NCBI GenBank assembly: GCA_035541435.1
Contig: DATKNL010000002.1
Coordinates: 67,962-131,961, forward strand
Origin: Minisyncoccota bacterium
Lineage (GTDB): Bacteria; Patescibacteriota; Minisyncoccia; UBA6257; 2-01-FULL-56-20
Direction: 5' to 3'
DNA: 64,000 nucleotides
Under the pieces are notes generated by a model. It saw only the letters and a program-made list of their open reading frames with translations. It was not told the DNA's origin and did not search any database. Positions 34,192-43,503 of this stretch are shown piece by piece (positions within the stretch are counted from its first letter, which is position 1; every line of letters begins with the position of its first letter). The position numbers were made by a program, and so were the translations under genes.

Positions 34192-35547
34192 TCATTGCGG
34201 AACGCACGCGAGCGACGACTGGCCGGGCGGCGTGCGGCACACGCCCGTGACGGTTCCGCCCTGCGGGGCGCTGAACGAGCACGACGCGCCGCTCGCGCTG
34301 CCGCTGCACGCGGCTGTCGCGGCTGCGGGAGGTTGGCCCGGCGTGCCGCCCTGATTCGTCTGCTGGCCGCCCTGCCCGCCCGATCCGCCGCCCGATGACG
34401 GCCCGGCGGTCGGACCCTTCACGGTGGACGTGCCGCGGAAGCAGCTCACGGAATACGGGAAATCCGCCGTCATGACATAGTGGTACATGGTGACGAGCGA
34501 CCCGTCGAGCATGACCGGGCTCGTGATGCCGTGGCATTCGTCGAGGTCGGCCGTCGTCAGATAGCGGTCCGCGGCGATCTTCGATCCGGTGATGGGAAAG
34601 CCGTCGAAGGCGAAGCCGATCACCGTGGTCGATCCGTTCGGCAGGCAGGCGCTCGGTCCGTGGTAATGATATTCGCCCGCCTCCTGCGGATGGCCGTTGC
34701 ATTTGTCCTGCACCTCGTGCGCGGGCGCGTCGCGGTTCTCGGCATCGAACCCGTCGAAAAGCATCACGCCGTCCGTCATGACCCCGACCTCGCCGCCGAT
34801 GCACGACGGCGCCGCGGCCGCCACGGGCTTCGCCGGGAACGAGAACGTGAGCGACTGCGCCGTCACGCTGTTCGGGTTGCGGTCGTAGCGATAGGCCGGA
34901 TCGGTCGACTGGATCGGGAAGATCCCCGTCGGGACGCCGACCGGCAGGTCGTTCGTCACGATGGTGCGCGTCCCGTTGGCCACCGACATCGAATAGCTCG
35001 CGTTCGCCCACGTGACCGAACCCGCGACGGCGACCTTCTGGCCCTCGTTCCAGGTCGAGGCGCCGATCCACGGACCGTCCTCCTGGGCCCCGCCGCCGCT
35101 CGGCATATTCGCGTTGCAGAGATAGATGTATCCCTTCTTGGGGCCGCTCGTCACATACTTGCCGTCGCCGAGCGGCAGGACGCCGTCGGCATAGTTGTCG
35201 CTTCCGAGGCTGGCCAGCGGATCGGTCGACGCCTTTGCAGCCGATGAAGAGGCCGACTTCGCCGGCGCGGGAGCCGGCGCGGGAGCCGGCGTCGGTTCGA
35301 GCTGGTTCAAAACGCCCTGTTCCGCCGCGGTCGCCGAAGCCTCAAGGTCCGCCGCCTGCCGGGCCGCCTGTTCGGCTGCCGACCCCTCGGCCGGCGTCTG
35401 GATTGACGGCGGCGGCGAACCGCTCCCGCTACGCGTGCTGCCGAAATAAAAACCGCCCGCAGCGGCGGCGAGCGCTATCACGACGACGACTATGAGAAGT
35501 TCGGCAAGGGCGAACCCCGCCCGATCGGACGGGGCGCGCGAAACCAT
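34192..35547 (-). CDS. Prepilin-like N-terminus fused to YHYH domain
   Basis: RAG|FALAELLIVVVVIA; low-complexity linker; GVMTDGV, DKCNGH, EYHYH, GFAFDGFPI, LDECHG, YHY, FPY..CF.G. Confidence 0.8.
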   Translation of the reverse strand: MVSRAPSDRAGFALAELLIVVVVIALAAAAGGFYFGSTRSGSGSPPPSIQTPAEGSAAEQAARQAADLEASATAAEQGVLNQLEPTPAPAPAPAPAKSASSSAAKASTDPLASLGSDNYADGVLPLGDGKYVTSGPKKGYIYLCNANMPSGGGAQEDGPWIGASTWNEGQKVAVAGSVTWANASYSMSVANGTRTIVTNDLPVGVPTGIFPIQSTDPAYRYDRNPNSVTAQSLTFSFPAKPVAAAAPSCIGGEVGVMTDGVMLFDGFDAENRDAPAHEVQDKCNGHPQEAGEYHYHGPSACLPNGSTTVIGFAFDGFPITGSKIAADRYLTTADLDECHGITSPVMLDGSLVTMYHYVMTADFPYSVSCFRGTSTVKGPTAGPSSGGGSGGQGGQQTNQGGTPGQPPAAATAACSGSASGASCSFSAPQGGTVTGVCRTPPGQSSLACVPQ

Positions 35548-35586
35548 GCGTTGACCGTGCATGGTTTCATGATACCAAACCGGCCG

Positions 35587-35946
35587 CTACGAGGTCCGTT
35601 CGCGGTCGAGCTTGCGCGCGGCCTCGGGCGTCGAGACCGTCCGGCTCATGGTGAACAGCTTGGCGATGCCCCAGGCGATGATGAGATAGACGATCATGGC
35701 GAGAAGGGTCGTCCATTCGAAGACCTTGTCTCCGACCGCCGTCGCGCGGAAGACCGCGATGAACGGCACGGCGAAAGGCCAGCTTGCGACATAGATGAAG
35801 CTCGTGAAGCCCGCCCCGGGATTCGCGCCGGCAAGCCGCAGCAGGAATCTGAACGCGAGAAGGATTTCGACGAGGTCGCAGAGATACCAGACGACCTGCG
35901 TCCCCCGGAACAGCGGTTTGGTTGTCGGCGAATGATAGGAGTCCAT
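35587..35946 (-). CDS. YggT-family membrane protein
   Basis: MDSYHSP start at 35946; LLAFRFLLRLAGANP, PFAVPF, EWTTLLAMIVY. Confidence 0.75.
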   Translation of the reverse strand: MDSYHSPTTKPLFRGTQVVWYLCDLVEILLAFRFLLRLAGANPGAGFTSFIYVASWPFAVPFIAVFRATAVGDKVFEWTTLLAMIVYLIIAWGIAKLFTMSRTVSTPEAARKLDRERTS

Positions 35947-36060
35947 GGCCAATAATACCCGCCGGCGGACGGCGCCGTTACGAACGCCCGGGCCGGCGTC
36001 CGCGATCCAGAGCTTGACGGAGCGGCGCAAAACGCTACGGTGTGCGCTATGATTAGTACA

Positions 36061-37185
36061 ATGTCCGCGAATCCGGAACCCAGCCGCAGGAGCATCGTCG
36101 CCGGTGCCCGCCGCTTCTATGCCCGCATCGAGCGGCCGTTTTCGTCGATCTCGCTCATCGGCGGATTCGTCTTCGACGCGGTCGCGCTCACCCGCGTCGA
36201 CGCGTTCTGGGAGAACTTCTGGGTCGTCGTCCACCTCGTCATCGTGACCGCCTGCGCGATCGCGCTGAACTTCGTCGAGAACAAGGGCGGGAACGAGGAG
36301 AATCCCGAAAAGCTCCACTTCTGGCTCGTGAACATCATGCAGTTCTTCTTCGGCGGCATCTTCTCGACCTTCCTCGTCTTCTATTTCAGGAGCGGCACGA
36401 TCGGGACGAGCTGGCCCTTCCTCGCCATCCTCGCCGCCGCCTTCATCGCGAACGAGCGCCTCAAGAAGCACTACGCGCGGCTCGCGTTCCAGATCAGCCT
36501 GCTCTTCCTTTCCTATTATGCGTTCGCGATCTATCTCATGCCGATCCTCCTGCACGACATCAGCGACACGACCTTCGTGCTGAGCGGGGGCGCCGCGCTC
36601 GCCGCGATCGGCGTCGTGGCGCTCATCCTGCGCTTCGGCACGCGCGAGCGGTTCGAGCGGCGCACGAAGGTCGGCGCGTGGCTCGGCGTGCTCGGCATCT
36701 TCGCGGCGCTCAACCTGCTCTATTTCGCGAACCTGATCCCGCCCCTGCCCCTGTCGCTCAAGGACGCCGGCATCTATGACAGCCTCGCCGTGAACTCGCC
36801 CGGACACTACACCGTGACGTCGCAGGACCAGGGCCCGCTCGGATTCTTCCGCTGGGGCGACACGCTCCTCTTGAACACCCACGGCCAGGCGCTCTATGCC
36901 TATACGGCGGTCTTCTCGCCCACCGCGTTCAATACGACCATCGTGCACGAATGGCAGTTCTATGACCCGGCGCAGAAGGGATGGGTGACCCGCGCGCGCG
37001 TGAAGCTCCCCGTGACCGGCGGGAGCGACGGCGGCTGGCGCACGTTCTCGGCTGTCTCGAACATCACGCCGGGCCCGTGGCGCGTGAACGTGCTCACGAC
37101 GAACGGCCTCCTCGTCGGACGCCTCCAGTTCATGGCCGTCGCCACCAACACGCCGCCGCAGATCGTGACGCGCGAGATCAACTAG
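36061..37185 (+). CDS. DUF2914-domain multi-pass membrane protein
   Basis: About 7 TM helices, then LYAYTAVFSP, IVHEW, GG.DGGWRTFS, GPWRVNV. Confidence 0.8.
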   Translation: MSANPEPSRRSIVAGARRFYARIERPFSSISLIGGFVFDAVALTRVDAFWENFWVVVHLVIVTACAIALNFVENKGGNEENPEKLHFWLVNIMQFFFGGIFSTFLVFYFRSGTIGTSWPFLAILAAAFIANERLKKHYARLAFQISLLFLSYYAFAIYLMPILLHDISDTTFVLSGGAALAAIGVVALILRFGTRERFERRTKVGAWLGVLGIFAALNLLYFANLIPPLPLSLKDAGIYDSLAVNSPGHYTVTSQDQGPLGFFRWGDTLLLNTHGQALYAYTAVFSPTAFNTTIVHEWQFYDPAQKGWVTRARVKLPVTGGSDGGWRTFSAVSNITPGPWRVNVLTTNGLLVGRLQFMAVATNTPPQIVTREIN

Positions 37186-37216
37186 GGCCGGCGTGCTATA
37201 CTAAGAAGAAACCACC

Positions 37217-37444
37217 ATGGATTGCAAAGACTGCAAGGATTGCGGGTGCTGCAACGGGACGACGGAACGCGCGGGATGGAAAGGCCGACGCTACAAACAC
37301 CACGGACACGGCATGGGAATCCTCTGGGCGATTGGCTGGCTGTTCACGATCGGCTTCCTGCATCTCTCGTTTTGGAAAGGCGTGCTCGCGATCATCATCT
37401 GGCCCTTCTATATCGGCGCGACGGTGAGCGCGATGATCCACTGA
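37217..37444 (+). CDS. Small membrane protein with Cys/His-rich N-terminus
   Basis: MDCKDCKDCGCC, HHGHG, IGWLFTIG...IWPFYIG; TATACT upstream. Confidence 0.7.
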   Translation: MDCKDCKDCGCCNGTTERAGWKGRRYKHHGHGMGILWAIGWLFTIGFLHLSFWKGVLAIIIWPFYIGATVSAMIH

Positions 37445-37939
37445 TTAGAACCGCCTGTCGTCCGCGGACGGGCCATAGATGGACGGCACCGCGATATCGT
37501 TGAGCCGCAGATAGACGGTGAGCTGGCCGCGATGATGGACCATATGCCTGATCGACGAGCTTGCCGTATCGAGCTTCGTGCCGCTCATGAGGACCTGGTC
37601 GCCCCGCTTCAGCTCGAAGCGGCCGTTCGCGAGCTCGTCCTCCGAGACGGCGGCAAGCGCCTTCCTCGCGCCCTCGAGGTTCGCGTCGAACTCCTTCACG
37701 AACTCGGGGCCGGCCTTCGCGTCGGCGTGCTTGAACGTCCCGAAGTTGATCGTCCCCTCTTCGACGGCGCTCGAGATCCATCGCGGGATCTCGGCGGTGA
37801 CGAGCGCGAGATAGCCCATGAGCATCGACTTCTCGTGCGGCTTGTAGTCATAGAGCGCGGCCGGAACGCGCTCAAGGCACTCGCGGGTCGCGCGCGCTTC
37901 GGTTTCGAGTTCGTGGATCAAAAGCTCTTTGGTGGTCAT
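37445..37939 (-). CDS. DinB-family protein
   Basis: YKPHEKSM, HMVHHRGQLTVYLRL, VPSIYGPSAD. Confidence 0.9.
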   Translation of the reverse strand: MTTKELLIHELETEARATRECLERVPAALYDYKPHEKSMLMGYLALVTAEIPRWISSAVEEGTINFGTFKHADAKAGPEFVKEFDANLEGARKALAAVSEDELANGRFELKRGDQVLMSGTKLDTASSSIRHMVHHRGQLTVYLRLNDIAVPSIYGPSADDRRF

Positions 37940-38105
37940 TGGGTTGGTTTTTTTTGTTAATACGATGGTGGTTCCATTATATAACGTCCGGCTGCGAAAA
38001 ATATAGCATACCCGCGCGCGGATGCAGAGGGCGAAGGCAGCCGCGTTGCCCGGGCTTCATTGAGAAAATCGCGCAGGGCAAGTATGATGTCACAAAAAGA
38101 CCGCC

Positions 38106-38435
38106 ATGAACATTCCTTCGAAGGTGCCCTCCCCGGGGTTCTATTATCACTACAAGCACGACCCGGACGGCCCAATAAACAACTATGCCTATGAGGTCGT
38201 GGGCGTGGGATGCCACACCGAGGACGACTGCCGCCCCGAAGACGCGAATCTCGTGGTCTATCGCCCGCTCTACGAATCATCGGTCTATAAGGCCGGGAAG
38301 CTTTTCGACCTGCGCCCCCTTGAGATGTTCATGGAGGACGTGACGAAGGACGGCAAGACGTTTCCGCGATTCAGGAAAATCACCGATGCGTCGGTGATCG
38401 AGCGGCTTTCGGCGATCCAACGGCAGATGTATTAA
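38106..38435 (+). CDS. DUF1653-family protein
   Basis: GFYYHYK, YEVVGVG.HTE, VVYRPLY, RPLEMF, PRF. Confidence 0.85.
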   Translation: MNIPSKVPSPGFYYHYKHDPDGPINNYAYEVVGVGCHTEDDCRPEDANLVVYRPLYESSVYKAGKLFDLRPLEMFMEDVTKDGKTFPRFRKITDASVIERLSAIQRQMY

Positions 38436-38890
38436 CGATTCAACCGCCAAATTTCATAATTCAACACCGTTGCGAAAGACGACCAGAGCGCATAGGGCAC
38501 CATAAGCCATGCGGCCGCGGCATTGACTCCGGAAAATAGAACGACGGTTGTCACGATGAATATCAGAAGGACGACGAGTTCGACAAGCGCAGCGCCGAGG
38601 CGCTTTGCACCGAAAAACAAGGGCGTCCACAGGGCGTTGAGGATGAGCTGAACGACGAAAACGTCGAAGGCGGTTCCGCTCCCGCTTGTCCGGAACACGA
38701 GGTAGGCCGCGATCCCCTGCAGCGCGTAAAGGATCGTCCAGACTGGTCCGAAAACCCAGTTGGGTGGATTGAATGTCGGCTTTCTCAGCTTGGCGTACCA
38801 CGTCGGAATCGCGCGAACCGTAAAGAGGCTTCCGCCAACGCCCACCAGTTCGCACAACGCAATGAAGACGGCGAGCAGGAGCCAATTCAT
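38432..38890 (-). CDS. tspO: TspO/MBR tryptophan-rich sensory protein
   Basis: WYAKLRKPTFNPPNWVFGPVWTILY, LNALWTPLFF, PYALW..FA..LN. Confidence 0.93.
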   Translation of the reverse strand: MNWLLLAVFIALCELVGVGGSLFTVRAIPTWYAKLRKPTFNPPNWVFGPVWTILYALQGIAAYLVFRTSGSGTAFDVFVVQLILNALWTPLFFGAKRLGAALVELVVLLIFIVTTVVLFSGVNAAAAWLMVPYALWSSFATVLNYEIWRLNR

Positions 38891-38949
38891 GTATCAATTA
38901 TACTCCCGACTTCGGGGTTGTTCATCAAAAGAAAAGCCCGGAAAAGCAA

Positions 38950-38978
38950 TTGACAAAGTCGATAAGATTTAGCATACT
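38950..38978 (+). promoter_or_regulatory. sigma70 promoter
   Basis: TTGACA-17 bp-CATACT. Confidence 0.6.
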
Positions 38979-39038
38979 ATTCCAGTCCGAGCGCACTCCA
39001 TAAAGGAGGCAGGATGGACGGAAAGAGAGTTCTTTACT

Positions 39039-39608
39039 ATGGCTGCAAGAAGTGATGTTGCGACGATGGTGCGTGGCATGGGGATGGGCATGAAAGTGCT
39101 CGACCTGCTCGTGAACGAAGCCGAGAAGCAGGGTGCGGACAAGGAGGCATTCGCCTTTTTGACCCGTCCGCGCTTCAAGGGAAATCTTGAAAAGATAGGG
39201 AAAGCTATTGCCGAGTGCGATTGGCGAATTCCCGCGAGCGAGATGCGCGCACTCGCGCGGAAACGCGAATCGGAAGAATACGGTCTCGACTCGGAAGCCG
39301 AAATTGAGCAGGCGGCAAACCTCTGGTGGTCGGGAACGTGCATTGATTTCGGGATCCCCTATGATCGGTATTGCCAAAATCCCAACCACGGCGATCCTGC
39401 GATTCTGCCCATTTTTCTGAAAGAGCTGGACGGAAAAGCAATGGAATACCCGCTTATCCTTTCGCCCTTCATCGGCAGCGAGCGCCGTTTCGTGGTTGTC
39501 GACTTCATCACGACCGAAGCGCTGTATCGCCCGGGCGATCGGATCGACATAAATCAAATCGACGCGCTTGCAGTTGCCGATTGTAAGTATTTCGATTTCG
39601 AGAAGTAA
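39039..39608 (+). CDS. Hypothetical protein
   Basis: 189 aa ORF flanked by a promoter and a terminator; lower GC. Confidence 0.7.
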   Translation: MAARSDVATMVRGMGMGMKVLDLLVNEAEKQGADKEAFAFLTRPRFKGNLEKIGKAIAECDWRIPASEMRALARKRESEEYGLDSEAEIEQAANLWWSGTCIDFGIPYDRYCQNPNHGDPAILPIFLKELDGKAMEYPLILSPFIGSERRFVVVDFITTEALYRPGDRIDINQIDALAVADCKYFDFEK

Positions 39609-39620
39609 TCGCTAACCAAG

Positions 39621-39655
39621 GCGCACGCCAGCTCATGTTGGACGTGCGTTTTTTT
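39621..39655 (+). terminator. Intrinsic terminator
   Basis: GCGCACG-CCAGC...GTTGG-A-CGTGCGT followed by a T run. Confidence 0.65.
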
Positions 39656-39929
39656 ATATTTGTTTCAGAGTCCGTTCTTTCGTCGCTCCCATTATCCAGC
39701 GATATTTTTATTTCAGCAACATTACAAAACCACGACTTCCGGGGCAAACAAAAACAGCTCCATTTCTGAAGCTGTTTTCGGGAATTCGTACATGGTTGCG
39801 TCCCAACTCGACACCGTCTCAATGATTTTAGCGACCCATAATCTGAAGTCAAATTTGATTTAATTTAGATTTAATCTAACTTTTTTATCATGTTCGTCGT
39901 GGAACACCTGCAGATTTCCAGCATATGCT

Positions 39930-40463
39930 CTATTCCTTAATCATCTTCAAAAGCGCCTCCTTGGAAACCACTTTGCCATCTATGGCGATTTGGCCGGATA
40001 TTTCGTTAATGGCTTTCTCAATCTTCTCCATGCCCTTGTTTACCTTGGCCCGGATCAGCTCATCCACAATAAAGGTTTTCATTTCCTTTCCTTCCGCATA
40101 AGCTTTCTTCAACGCAGCATCCCGCTCTTTGGGCTTATATGTCAAAAGCTGATGCACCACCTTATTCCGCTGCTTGATGTAAGCGTCCAGCTTTTTATAG
40201 AGCGGTGCGTCAATGACATGCCCGATCAGAAGAAGCTCCAGTTGTTTCGATATCTGCCAGCGTTCAACACTTTTCGCAAGCTCCTTATTTCCCGCAAGGC
40301 CGTCCATGAAATGAATTGCAACGCATGTCTTTATCACGCCCTCAAACAGGCATGACTGGATAAGAAACGCCTCTAAAAATTGCCCCTGCTGATAAAAAGA
40401 TTCCGCTCGCGCTACTAGCTGGTCGTAGATCGCCTCCTCTTTTGGAATGCCTTGGTTGGCCAT
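39930..40463 (-). CDS. Putative HEPN-superfamily protein
   Basis: Helical protein with LEAFLIQSCLFEG and RNKVVH (R-x4-H); ATG 40463 lies 6 nt after TATAAT; AT-rich island. Confidence 0.6.
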   Translation of the reverse strand: MANQGIPKEEAIYDQLVARAESFYQQGQFLEAFLIQSCLFEGVIKTCVAIHFMDGLAGNKELAKSVERWQISKQLELLLIGHVIDAPLYKKLDAYIKQRNKVVHQLLTYKPKERDAALKKAYAEGKEMKTFIVDELIRAKVNKGMEKIEKAINEISGQIAIDGKVVSKEALLKMIKE

Positions 40464-40751
40464 AACTTCATTATACTTGACCTCCTCCACCGGAACATTC
40501 TCTGCGACGTTTGCGCTACCGTGAGCTACCCGGCGTTCCATTTTGCAGTCCGCTACTGATCTATGTTTTTGATAAGACCTCACGCGATAGCGCAAAATAG
40601 CGCAGGACAAATCTCGATTAAAAATGACGGCATCTGTAATTTATTTGAATTCTGCAAAATCCGTATAAACCTCCAAGAATAAAGGCGATCCTCCAACGAA
40701 CTTCACTGTTCAGCAATCCCATTTGCATCTGCTTGTTTCCTGCTCATGCCC

Positions 40752-40777
40752 AAAAAACCCAGCATTTCTGCTGGGTT
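40752..40777 (-). terminator. Terminator after rpsI
   Basis: CCCAGCA/TGCTGGG stem with T6 on the minus strand. Confidence 0.75.
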
Positions 40778-40804
40778 CTCGTAAGCATTCTAACCAAAGC
40801 TCCT

Positions 40805-41296
40805 CTAGCGCTTCGCCCATTGGGGACTCCGGCGCGCTTTCTTCTTGCCGTACTTCTTGCGTTCAACCATGCGGCTGTCGCGGGTCATATAGCCGACGGC
40901 GCGGAGGCGCGGCTTCCATTCGCCGTCGCGGAGCACGATCGCGCGGGCGAGGCCCAGGCGGATCGCTTCGGCCTGCGCGCGGATGCCGCCGCCGACGATC
41001 CGCACCGACACGTCGAGGTCGGTGAGCTTGAGTTCGTTGAGGGGTGCCTTGGCGGCCGCGACGAGGCGCGCGGTGCTGAAATAGGACTTCACGTCCTTGC
41101 CGTTCACGGTGACGGTCCCCTTGCCGGCCGAAATGCGCACGCGGGCGATCGCCGTCTTGCGGCGGCCGACGGCCTCGGTATAGCGCGCGGCCTTATGCCC
41201 GTGCGACGGGGCGGGCGCGTGATGTGCCTCGGCGGCCGCCGGTGCGGATGCGGCGGTCTGGGGCTCCTTCTTCACGGTGTCTTTGGCGGTGGCCAT
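40805..41296 (-). CDS. rpsI: 30S ribosomal protein S9
   Basis: GRRKTAIARV, GGG..AQAEAIR, TRDSRMVERKKYG, QWAKR. Confidence 0.97.
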   Translation of the reverse strand: MATAKDTVKKEPQTAASAPAAAEAHHAPAPSHGHKAARYTEAVGRRKTAIARVRISAGKGTVTVNGKDVKSYFSTARLVAAAKAPLNELKLTDLDVSVRIVGGGIRAQAEAIRLGLARAIVLRDGEWKPRLRAVGYMTRDSRMVERKKYGKKKARRSPQWAKR

Positions 41297-41312
41297 TGGG
41301 TAGTAGTGTGGG

Positions 41313-41657
41313 TTATTCCTCGACGAAAATCAAATTCTTGATCCGCTGCTGCGTCAGAAAGTTCTGCGGGAGCATCTTGCGGACCGCGCGGCGCAGGACC
41401 CACTTCGGATCCTTGGCCATCGCCTCGTTGAACGTCTTCTCTTTGATGTGACCCACATAGCCCGTGTGGCGGCGGTACACCTTGTCGGTCGCCTTCGTGC
41501 CGGTGACGATGATCCCGCCCACGTTCTTCACATAGACCTTGTCGGCGGCCACGCGGTTGCGCTGGTATGCGGCCGACTTCTTGCCCTGCAGGATGAGGGA
41601 GATCTCGGAGGCCACGCGCCCGAGCACCTTGTTTTTGGCGTCAATATGATAGTCCAT
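41313..41657 (-). CDS. rplM: 50S ribosomal protein L13
   Basis: IDA...LGRVAS, HTGYVG, AVRKMLP. Confidence 0.95.
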   Translation of the reverse strand: MDYHIDAKNKVLGRVASEISLILQGKKSAAYQRNRVAADKVYVKNVGGIIVTGTKATDKVYRRHTGYVGHIKEKTFNEAMAKDPKWVLRRAVRKMLPQNFLTQQRIKNLIFVEE

Positions 41658-41665
41658 GGTCGTGG

Positions 41666-42019
41666 TTAGACGAATTCGATGCGGGCCATCGCGGCGCCGT
41701 CGCGCTTGCGGCTCGTGCCGAGCTTCGTGATGCGCAGGTAGCCGCCGGCGCGCTCGGCGTAGCGCGGGCCATAGTCGACATAGAGCTTGTTCGCGACCTT
41801 CTCGTTATGCACGCGGCTCAGGATGACGCGGCGCGACGCGAGGGTCTGCTTCTTCGCGAACGTCACCAGGCGCTCGACGATCGGGCGGATCGCCTTCGCG
41901 CGGGCCTCGGTCGTCTCGATCGCGCCCGTGCGGATGAGGTCGTTGCTCAGGTTGCGCAGGAAGGACGCGCGCGGACCGCGCTTGCGATTGAACTTCTTGC
42001 CTTTCTTTGCGTGCCTCAT
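41666..42019 (-). CDS. rplQ: 50S ribosomal protein L17
   Basis: MRH.K, IETTEARAK, R.GGYLRITK, RKRDGA.MA.IEFV. Confidence 0.96.
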   Translation of the reverse strand: MRHAKKGKKFNRKRGPRASFLRNLSNDLIRTGAIETTEARAKAIRPIVERLVTFAKKQTLASRRVILSRVHNEKVANKLYVDYGPRYAERAGGYLRITKLGTSRKRDGAAMARIEFV

Positions 42020-42069
42020 GGGAGTGTTACGAAATTACGAATTGGTGCGAATATACGAATGCCGATTGT

Positions 42070-42831
42070 CTAGGCTTCCTTTTTGGCGGCCTTCTTCTTT
42101 TTGCCGCCTTCGGCGACGGGCGGTTCGAAGTCCTTCACCTCGACGGCCGAAACCTTCTCGAAGTGGTCCTTCAAAATATTGCCTGCCTTGTGGAGCGCCG
42201 AGGACGGGCTCACCGTGCCGTCGGTCGTCACCTCGAGGCGGAGGCGGTTATAGTCGGTGCGGTCGCCGACGCGCATGTCGTCGATCGTGAAGTTGACCTT
42301 CTCGACCGGCGTGAAGATCGCGTCGACCGCGATCGTGCCGATCGGCAGGCGGCCTTCGCTCTTGCGGGCCTCGACGGGGACGTATCCCAGACCGCGCTCG
42401 ATCTTCACCTCGATGTCGAGCTCGGCGTCCTTCGCCGTGAGCGTGCCGATCACCTCGTCGGGATTCATGATCTCGATGTTCGCGTTTGCCTCGATGTCGG
42501 CGGCCGTGACGACGGTCTCGCCCTTGGCCTTGAGGGCCAGGACCTGCGGCTCGTCGACGTGCATGCGGATGCGGATCTTCTTGAAATTGAGCGCGAGCTC
42601 GACGATGTCCTCTTTGAGGCCCGGAAGGGTCGAGAACTCGTGCGGCACGTTCTTGATCTTGATCTCGGTCACCGCGGCGCCCGGCAGCGACGACAGGAGC
42701 GCGCGGCGGAGGGCGTTGCCGACCGTGAGGCCGTAGCCGGCGTAAAGGCCCTCGATCTCGAACACGCCGTTCTTCGCGTCTTCGGAAACGGTCTTGATGG
42801 AAACGGTTGAGCTCAGATAGGCAAATTCCAT
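42070..42831 (-). CDS. rpoA: RNA polymerase alpha subunit (N-terminal domain only)
   Basis: GYGLTVGNALRRALLSSLPG, HEFSTLPG, GLGYVP, DAIFTPV; ends at 253 aa in a Lys-rich tail. Confidence 0.95.
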   Translation of the reverse strand: MEFAYLSSTVSIKTVSEDAKNGVFEIEGLYAGYGLTVGNALRRALLSSLPGAAVTEIKIKNVPHEFSTLPGLKEDIVELALNFKKIRIRMHVDEPQVLALKAKGETVVTAADIEANANIEIMNPDEVIGTLTAKDAELDIEVKIERGLGYVPVEARKSEGRLPIGTIAVDAIFTPVEKVNFTIDDMRVGDRTDYNRLRLEVTTDGTVSPSSALHKAGNILKDHFEKVSAVEVKDFEPPVAEGGKKKKAAKKEA

Positions 42832-42856
42832 GGTGGTGTTCTTGTTGATATGGGGG

Positions 42857-43474
42857 TTATTTGGAGAAGGATTCGACCAGCAGGTTGATTTCGAAAGGAG
42901 GATTGACGTCGGTCGGCAGCGCGAGCACCTGGCCTGTCATCTTCTCGGCATCGACCTGGAGCCAAGAAGGCGCGTCGTGCGTCGTCATCGCTTCTTTTCG
43001 CTTGTTGAGTCCGGCCTTGGCGAGCGATCCCGCGCGGACCGAGATTGTGTCGCCCTTCCTCACCTCGTAGCCGGGCGACTTCACCTTCTTCTTGTTCACG
43101 TCGATGTGGCCGTGGACCACGATCTGCCGCGCCGCGAGGCGCGACGGGGCGAACCCGAGCTGGAAGATCACGTTGTCGAGGCGGCGTTCGAGGAGCTCGA
43201 TCATCTTGGCGCCCGTCGATCCCTTCGCGACCTGCGCGCGCTCGAAGAGGCGCCTCAGGTTCTTATCGTCGACGCCATAGCTCAGCTTGAACTTGCTCTT
43301 CTCGCGGAGCTGCAGGCCGAATTCCGAAAGGGCGCGCGGGCGCGAGTTCGGGCCGTGCACGCCGGGGCGGTACGGCTTGCGCACCGTTGCGGACTTCGGC
43401 GACATCGAACGCTCCCCCTTCAGACCGAGGCGCACGCCCAATGCCCGCTCACGTTTTTCCTTAGGACCGACCAT
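42857..43474 (-). CDS. rpsD: 30S ribosomal protein S4
   Basis: PGVHG, SEFGLQLREK, LERRLDNV, ARQIVVHGH; ATG at 43474. Confidence 0.96.
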   Translation of the reverse strand: MVGPKEKRERALGVRLGLKGERSMSPKSATVRKPYRPGVHGPNSRPRALSEFGLQLREKSKFKLSYGVDDKNLRRLFERAQVAKGSTGAKMIELLERRLDNVIFQLGFAPSRLAARQIVVHGHIDVNKKKVKSPGYEVRKGDTISVRAGSLAKAGLNKRKEAMTTHDAPSWLQVDAEKMTGQVLALPTDVNPPFEINLLVESFSK

Positions 43475-43503
43475 GGTGGTTGTTTGTTCTTTATTAATAG
43501 AGG

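Noticed and set aside
39830-39890. dif site or replication origin in the AT-rich palindromic stretch
   Set aside because: No convincing XerC/XerD consensus, no DnaA-box cluster and no dnaA nearby.
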